The position numbers were made by a program, and so were the translations under genes. Shown piece by piece: positions 58,348-64,000 of a DNA stretch of 64,000 nt (positions are counted from its first letter, which is position 1; the number at the start of each line of letters is the position of its first letter). A model generated the notes under the pieces. The model was not told the origin of the DNA and ran no database searches. It worked only from the letters and a program-made list of their open reading frames with translations. Source of the stretch: Monocercomonoides exilis PA203 (Eukaryota > Protista > Preaxostyla). The stretch lies in the NCBI GenBank assembly GCA_001643675.2, contig LSRY02000044.1, positions 248,001-312,000 of the forward strand. The letters are read 5' to 3'.

Positions 58348-61300
58348 ATGTCATTTTCTAAACAAGAGTCAACACTAAATTCACGATACAACGTTCTGTG
58401 GAAAGAAATACAACGCATCGGTGGAAATGACGTTGATTCATTGCTCGTCTATTTGTTTTACAACTACAGAAAATCATCTGCAGTTATTAATGATTTACTG
58501 AAATCCTTGAATGGTTTCGACTTCAAATTTTTTTGATTGATAATAACTTATATTTTTCTCTTGTAATATTAATTTTTTATTTATATTTGTTTTTTTGTAA
58601 ATAAAAAAACTCAGAATACTACGAAATACTTCTTTAAGATCTCTCAGTTGTGTACAAGCACGCAAAATTGCACACGCAAACGGTGATCCTTCAAGCACTT
58701 ACGCGCAATGCATCATTATCTGAACTTCTGGACTATGGATTTGACATCACTGAAGGAAAGTATTATTATGCAAAACAAGCTCTCACAAAAAACCAAGGAT
58801 TTTTAATACCTGCACAATTGCCTCACACACCATCATGTAAAAGTGGTTTGTATTGTATTTTTCTATAATTTCATTTTTTTACTGATTTTTTCTTTCTTTT
58901 TTTTTTATAATTTTTAAGGTATTAATGAACAAGATTGGGTAAAGGGCAACAATTGGATGTTGGCCCATTCCACAGAGGCATCAACTTCACTTCAACCAGC
59001 CAAGAAAAAACCAAAAAAAGTTCCTGTTTACGCACAGTTCATTGAGGAATCTGCATGGGACGATATTATCATTGCAGAAAAAAGAAATTCAAATAAAAAA
59101 CAATCTTCGTCATCGAAAAAAACAAATCAAAGAGGCGACGATGCCAATGTCATTCCATTTGTTTAATCTTCATCTTTAAATAATACACCTTCTCAAACAG
59201 TAAATAATCCAATCAGCACTCCACTTCTTGCTGAAAGAAAGACAACAAAAATTAGACAAAAATTTCCCATTTCATCAACATCTTTTTCCTCTCCTTCTCC
59301 TTCTCCTTCTCCTTCTCCTTCTCCTTCTCCTCATCCTTTTCCTCATCCTTATCCTCATCCTTATCCTCATCCTCATCCTCATCCTCATTTTTCTCATCAT
59401 CAATAACTTCTCAGACTTCAGCTTCATCTTCAATCAGAAAGAAAAAGAAAAAAACAATGAATACTTCTCCAGAAGACAAAGCAACTTCATCTTTTTGCAA
59501 CGAAAATATGTGGGTTAGCGGACAACTTATGGAATATGTCACTTCACCCACTCTTTTTCCTCCTCATGCGTTCCAAAATCCAGTCTCATCTTTTTCAAAA
59601 GAGAACAACATTTCAACACAACAACAAAAATCATAGTTTATTACAAGAGATAATTCAACAAATTTTGATCCGTTTATTTCTTCTACATCCAAATCAACGG
59701 CTGATGTTTAAAAAATTCACACCTAATACTCCATTAAAAACAGTAAAAGGGTTGGCAAATCTTGGAAACACATGTCACTTGGCATCTCTTCTGCAATGCT
59801 TGTCCTCGATCTGCAGTTCAAAACCAACGATCCTCACAAAATCACATTCAAATAAGACATTATCTTCTCGAATGATGAGTATTTGCAATCAAATCCTCAA
59901 AGATGGAACAAAAGTGCATTCATGGATCCCATCATTTGTTGGCAAATGGGAAGACTTTTGCGGATATGGAAGCAAACAGCAGCAGAATGTTTCAGAAGCT
60001 TTCGAAAATCTTCATTAATTGTTTGAAAAAGACGGATTATAAAACAAGATAGTTTCAATCCAGTTATAATTTCACATATAAAATGCGTGAAATGTCAAAA
60101 ACTCACATCACATATCTACAACATCAACAATAACATAATCATCAATTCTTCATCTACTCACAATGGTTTATCTTCTTTATTTTCATCTGAAATACCAGAT
60201 GTGAAAAATAGTGTATATTGTGAAGAGTGCAAAGAAAAATGCTGTACTGCTTGTTGGGAGGAAATGATTTCATTTCCAGAAGTACTAGCCCTCTCCCATG
60301 AATGTGCTGATCTTGCCAGTTCTCCACCTTCTCGAACACTTTTAATCGAGACTGACATGCCGAACAAACGTTCGTTTTGCTAAGGATTTGCAAATGAAAA
60401 AGATTCAACATTTCACAAACACAACAAAGAAACAACGTTCTATCATTTCATTGGTCAAGTTCTTCACAAACAGTTTGATAACAGAAATGGTCATTCCATT
60501 GCTGTTGTGGTAGGAAAGAAAAGATTGAGCAAGATGTGGATCACCTGTAACAATGATGATATTGATGAATTTGACAGTGATAATTGGGCTAAGTTCTGGA
60601 AAGAACTTTACACTCAAGGTTTCACTCCGTCACTCTCATTCCACATCAAAGAAAAAACAAAACCAACATTTTCGACAATTCAATTTGGTGGTTCCTCTTC
60701 ATCAACTTCCTCTTCACAATCAAAAATTATCAACAATTCATCTGCAGAAACAACTCCCCCATCATCGTTCATCACACCACTGCTTAGTTCAACTTCCAGT
60801 CCACAACTATCATCATCAATAACAACTAACTATGGATTGGAAGTCCTTAAAGAAAGAAGAAAGAAAACGTGCATCTTTTCTCCCAACGAAAAGAGATTAA
60901 TCTTCAAGCCCAAGACGAAATTATGGAAAGAGTTTTCTGAAGAAACGAACATCAAAGTTTCTCTTTCCCATTTCCACATGCTGACAACTAACTTCTCCAA
61001 AGCGAAAAGACGAACGGATCTCTGCGGAATGTGCGAGAAACTCAACTATCTGGAGAATAAACTCAAATCTTCACAAAACAAAAATGGACTTTCTTCTGCT
61101 GAGTTTCAGACTCTCAAACTTCTTCGTCAACACCGACTTGTTGCTGAAATGCAACGAAAACATTATCAATCAACTGTTGATAATCTGAAAGAGGGAGAGG
61201 CAGTCTTCGTCTTCGACTTCAAAGAGAAATGGAAACTTCCCATCAGAAAAAATCAACTTCAACAAGAATTCTTTGATTACCAACAAGTTTCTCAATTCAC

Positions 61301-62132
61301 AATCATCTCTCTTCAAAAAATTAATAATCAACAAATAAAACGAACATTCAACTTCTTCTCCTACTGCCTTTCAAATGATCACAGATTTGTTATTGAGTGT
61401 CTGGAATCTGTGATCAAAAGACACTTCTTCTCAGACACTCACACTTTTAAGTTCTTCTGCGATTCGGGTCCACACAACCGAAATCGCTTCCTCCTTCACT
61501 TTATTTTCTCCAAACAATCCAAACTTCTCAAAAAGAAAAATACACAACTCTATTTCTTCGCTTAGCACCACGGAAAAAATATTTGTGATAGTGAATTTGG
61601 TGCGTTAGTGAATGCAATCGACAACAATCTTTCGACTGAACACATCACCACACTTCATGATTTGATCAACTTCTTCGAAAACAACATGAATACTTCGACA
61701 TCTACTTCTTCAACTTCACAATCGAACGACTTCTCAACATCATCATCAAACTCTTCACCATCTTCAACATCTGTCAATAACTTTGAGCATGAGAGGTACT
61801 TTGAAGAATATGTGCCGTCTCAACAAATCTCATGGCCGTCATTGTCAGTCCCTCACATGAAGGACTACTTGTATTTTGAGCGCAAGGGCTCATTTGTCTG
61901 CGCATCTGCTGTTGGATATCTTCCTCAACGCTCTCTGGTTGCTCTCGAATCTTCGACAATGAAAGAAAAAGTTCAACGTTCAAGAAAGTCATTTCACTCT
62001 GATATCACATCATCTGACCCTTCTCTTCTTTTTCAATCTTCTCAAGATCTTCTTTCAAGGAGATTTGAGCTTCTTCTTGACTCTTCTTCTTTTAATGAAT
62101 CTCAAAATTGTATTAATGGTGTCCCTTTTTGA
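58348..62132 (+). pseudogene. Sola-like DDD transposase with embedded ubiquitin-specific protease (C19) domain; two predicted introns (~58514-58614, 58846-58918); several stops and frameshifts
   Basis: USP: GLANLGNTCHLASLLQCL (Cys 59773), QQQNVSEAF, two CxxC, FYHFIGQVLH...NGHSIAVV (His 60492)...WITCNNDDI. Transposase: RRTDLCGMC...HRLVAEMQ, FVFDFKE (D 61215), SNDH, FFCDSGPHNRN (D 61461), FFA*HHGKNICDSEFG (D 61587). Pieces 60087-62132 share one frame. Confidence 0.8.
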
Positions 62133-62134
62133 GA

Positions 62135-62283
62135 AACTAGTTGTTGTGTATGCTTAGCTGGCACTCTATCGGAAGGGTGCTGGACATGACTGTTCGTATT
62201 AGATATTGCAGCCTTCGGGCTGCTTTATCCGGACCTGGATACGACGAACAGCCTCCCAGGTGCACAACAGTTGGAATCCGATT
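62135..62283 (+). ncRNA. Candidate structured RNA (multi-stem, pseudoknot-capable, cUUCGg tetraloop), family unknown
   Basis: Five stems plus a 6-bp loop-to-3' pairing (see findings). GC-rich island in AT-rich context. G-U pairs and the UUCG loop point to the + strand. Confidence 0.7.
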
Positions 62284-62354
62284 GTTTTCTTATGCTTTTT
62301 GTCCCTATAATGTCCCTATTATTAAATTGGTTATTGTCCCGCTTATATTTGTAT

Positions 62355-62900
62355 TTATCGAGATTCATTAGAAGAGAGAGTTGTGAAGGAATTCATTGAT
62401 CTTTGAGTGAGGTTTTTGGAAGGGAGAGTTATTGAGAGTGTGAAATGTTGTTTTATCATTGTGTCTGTCTTTTTTCTTTGTTGAATTTGATCTTTTTGAG
62501 TCAAAGTTAGGGAAATATCAGAAAGGGGTGAGTGGATGGAAAACAGAGGAAAAATAGACAAGTTGGTTTTTGAACTTTTAATATAAGTTTTCTTTTTTGT
62601 TTGGAATTGTCTTTGATACCGTGAATTTGTTGTTAAAGTACTGTTTCTTCTTATATTTTTCATTGTTCAAAATTGTTGATATTTAGTTAACATTTGGTGA
62701 TTGTTTTATGATGATGTGATGGAATAATGTTTTTTTGAAAGTGATTGAATCTGATTAGAAATATTCTGATTGTTTTCAATTTTAATAATGATTAACATCA
62801 TGAAGTGCTAATGTTATTTATGTGTTATTTTGTTTTATGATTGTTATCAAAATGGCAATGTATTTATTTTTCTGTTTTTCTTTTCACTGAATATTCATCA
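62355..62900 (-). pseudogene. Possible second, convergent ORF of the Sola-like element
   Basis: 102-aa ORF 62355-62663; strand skew flips to A/C-rich on the minus strand, matching the coding-strand composition of the transposase gene. Confidence 0.35.
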
Positions 62901-63126
62901 ACTGTTGTTACTCAACAATGAAGATATTGATATCAAAACAGTTATATATTGAATAGAAGAATAATATTAAGCATTTTCGTTCAAAAACAAAACATTTTTC
63001 AAGAGACAAAAATTGCAATGATATTTTACTGATATGAGGTGTTAATTCAATGAAATATGTAAAAACTATTTTTCACCTTATTTGAAACGAACAAATTTTA
63101 ATAACGGTTTTCTAAAAACTTGTAAG

Positions 63127-63411
63127 CATTAATAAAGCAATAATATTCACAAATTAAATGAATTATATTCAAACAAATATCACATTTCCAAAATTAATGA
63201 TCAAAAAAAACCAAATTCTTTGTGCATTTTGGTCAACATTGAAAGTCACTTTTTCTGTACTTTACAAGCTGAAAATATCATTATATGCTGTATTGAGCAA
63301 AAAAATTAAATGACCAAAACGCCATGATCATGTCAATTTATAAAAAAATTTTTTTTGAAAAATAAAGAAAGATTATCAATTTATCGATATTGCATACAAT
63401 TGATGAATATT
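63127..63411 (-). repeat. Right TIR
   Basis: Reverse complement of 57850-58128. Confidence 0.95.
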
Positions 63412-64000
63412 TGATTTGACCGTTAAAAAAATATATTGTTAGCATGCAAAATATATAACAAGTGTGCTTTTTTTTTCGTGTGTTCACTCCAATTATTTCT
63501 TCATTTGAACAATTCATTTTCTGATTATCTCAATTTCTAATTTTATTTGTTTTTTATGAAAACAGTTCAGCATTTATCTATTTTTTGAAAAAAGGTGCGC
63601 ATTATTTCAATGAGTTTAATGGAACACCTTTCTGAAAAAACTGCTTTTTCTTTTAGTGTTGTTTGTTGTTCGAATGGCATTTCACTCTCTTTGATTATCA
63701 TCATCAACAACAACCGACCCCAAATTATCAATCATAGAGTCGCTCTAAATGCTACCGTATATGCTTCTCCATCCAATCATCATTCATCAGGCTCGAAGGA
63801 GTTGGCTGATTCAAAAATTCACTGAACCGAAAACAATGCCAAGTTTCACGGTTTATGTGAAACACAAAACATCCACAAGATCATAAAGAAGTTTCTCGAG
63901 ATCACATACGAAAAAGAGAAGATCATACAAGCGTGATCATGCAAATTCAAGTGAAGCTCGCCAGAACACCAAAATCTACTGGATCTGATGGAATTCAAAG

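Larger units (their letters stand above)
57850..63411 (+). mobile_element. ~5.6-kb long-TIR DNA transposon, Sola-like, encoding a USP-transposase fusion
   Basis: TIRs 57850-58128 / 63127-63411. Core 57926-58128 / 63127-63329, of which the inner ~112 bp differ at one base. Internal gene has transposase and USP motifs. Exact termini and TSD not resolved. Confidence 0.85.

Noticed and set aside
58348-62132. In-frame stops in the USP-transposase are TAA/TAG (58635, 59164, 60381, 61563) and the terminal stop is TGA, suggesting a TAR=Gln code as in some oxymonads
   Set aside because: CAA/CAG codons far outnumber TAR in the gene, frameshifts co-occur, host genes end in TAA/TAG, and neighbouring transposons show ordinary nonsense decay. 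Point mutation is the simpler explanation; a copy consensus would settle it.
62218-62240. Minus-strand CAGGTCCGGATAAAGCAGCC resembles SRP RNA helix 8
   Set aside because: The TCC/GGA stem around the GNRA loop is not formed, and the G-U pairs and cUUCGg loop favour the + strand fold.
62140-62290. Assignment of the RNA to hammerhead, pistol or HDV-like ribozymes
   Set aside because: No CUGANGA/GAAA core and no pistol linker motifs. An HDV-like threading needs a non-canonical 5-nt L3 and breaks the stronger P3 stem. Left unassigned.

Overview
AT-rich eukaryotic DNA with short spliceosomal introns. Gene style suggests the oxymonad Monocercomonoides (inference, not checked by search); host genes use the standard code. 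A compact housekeeping block at ~22.4-31.0 kb holds a DCAF12-like WD40 gene, a membrane-anchored SAM methyltransferase, an RNase kappa/V-ATPase subunit f-like gene and a NAP histone chaperone. It lies among copies of an expanded giant receptor family (Cys-rich beta-helix ectodomain, TM, pseudokinase): one intact ~2315-aa gene, the 3' end of a near-identical paralog, and several fragments. DNA transposons are abundant: (i) an 8184-bp non-autonomous TIR element (30-bp TIRs, ATAT TSD) that splits a receptor gene and carries host-gene fragments; (ii) a PIF/Harbinger transposase with one stop; (iii) a decayed Merlin/ISXO2 transposase; (iv) the most interesting feature, a ~5.6-kb long-TIR element (57850-63411). 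Its Sola-like DDD transposase is fused in frame to a complete ubiquitin-specific protease (USP/C19) domain and is followed directly by a ~150-nt GC-rich, pseudoknot-capable structured RNA and a possible convergent second ORF. No rRNA, tRNA or CRISPR array was recognised.
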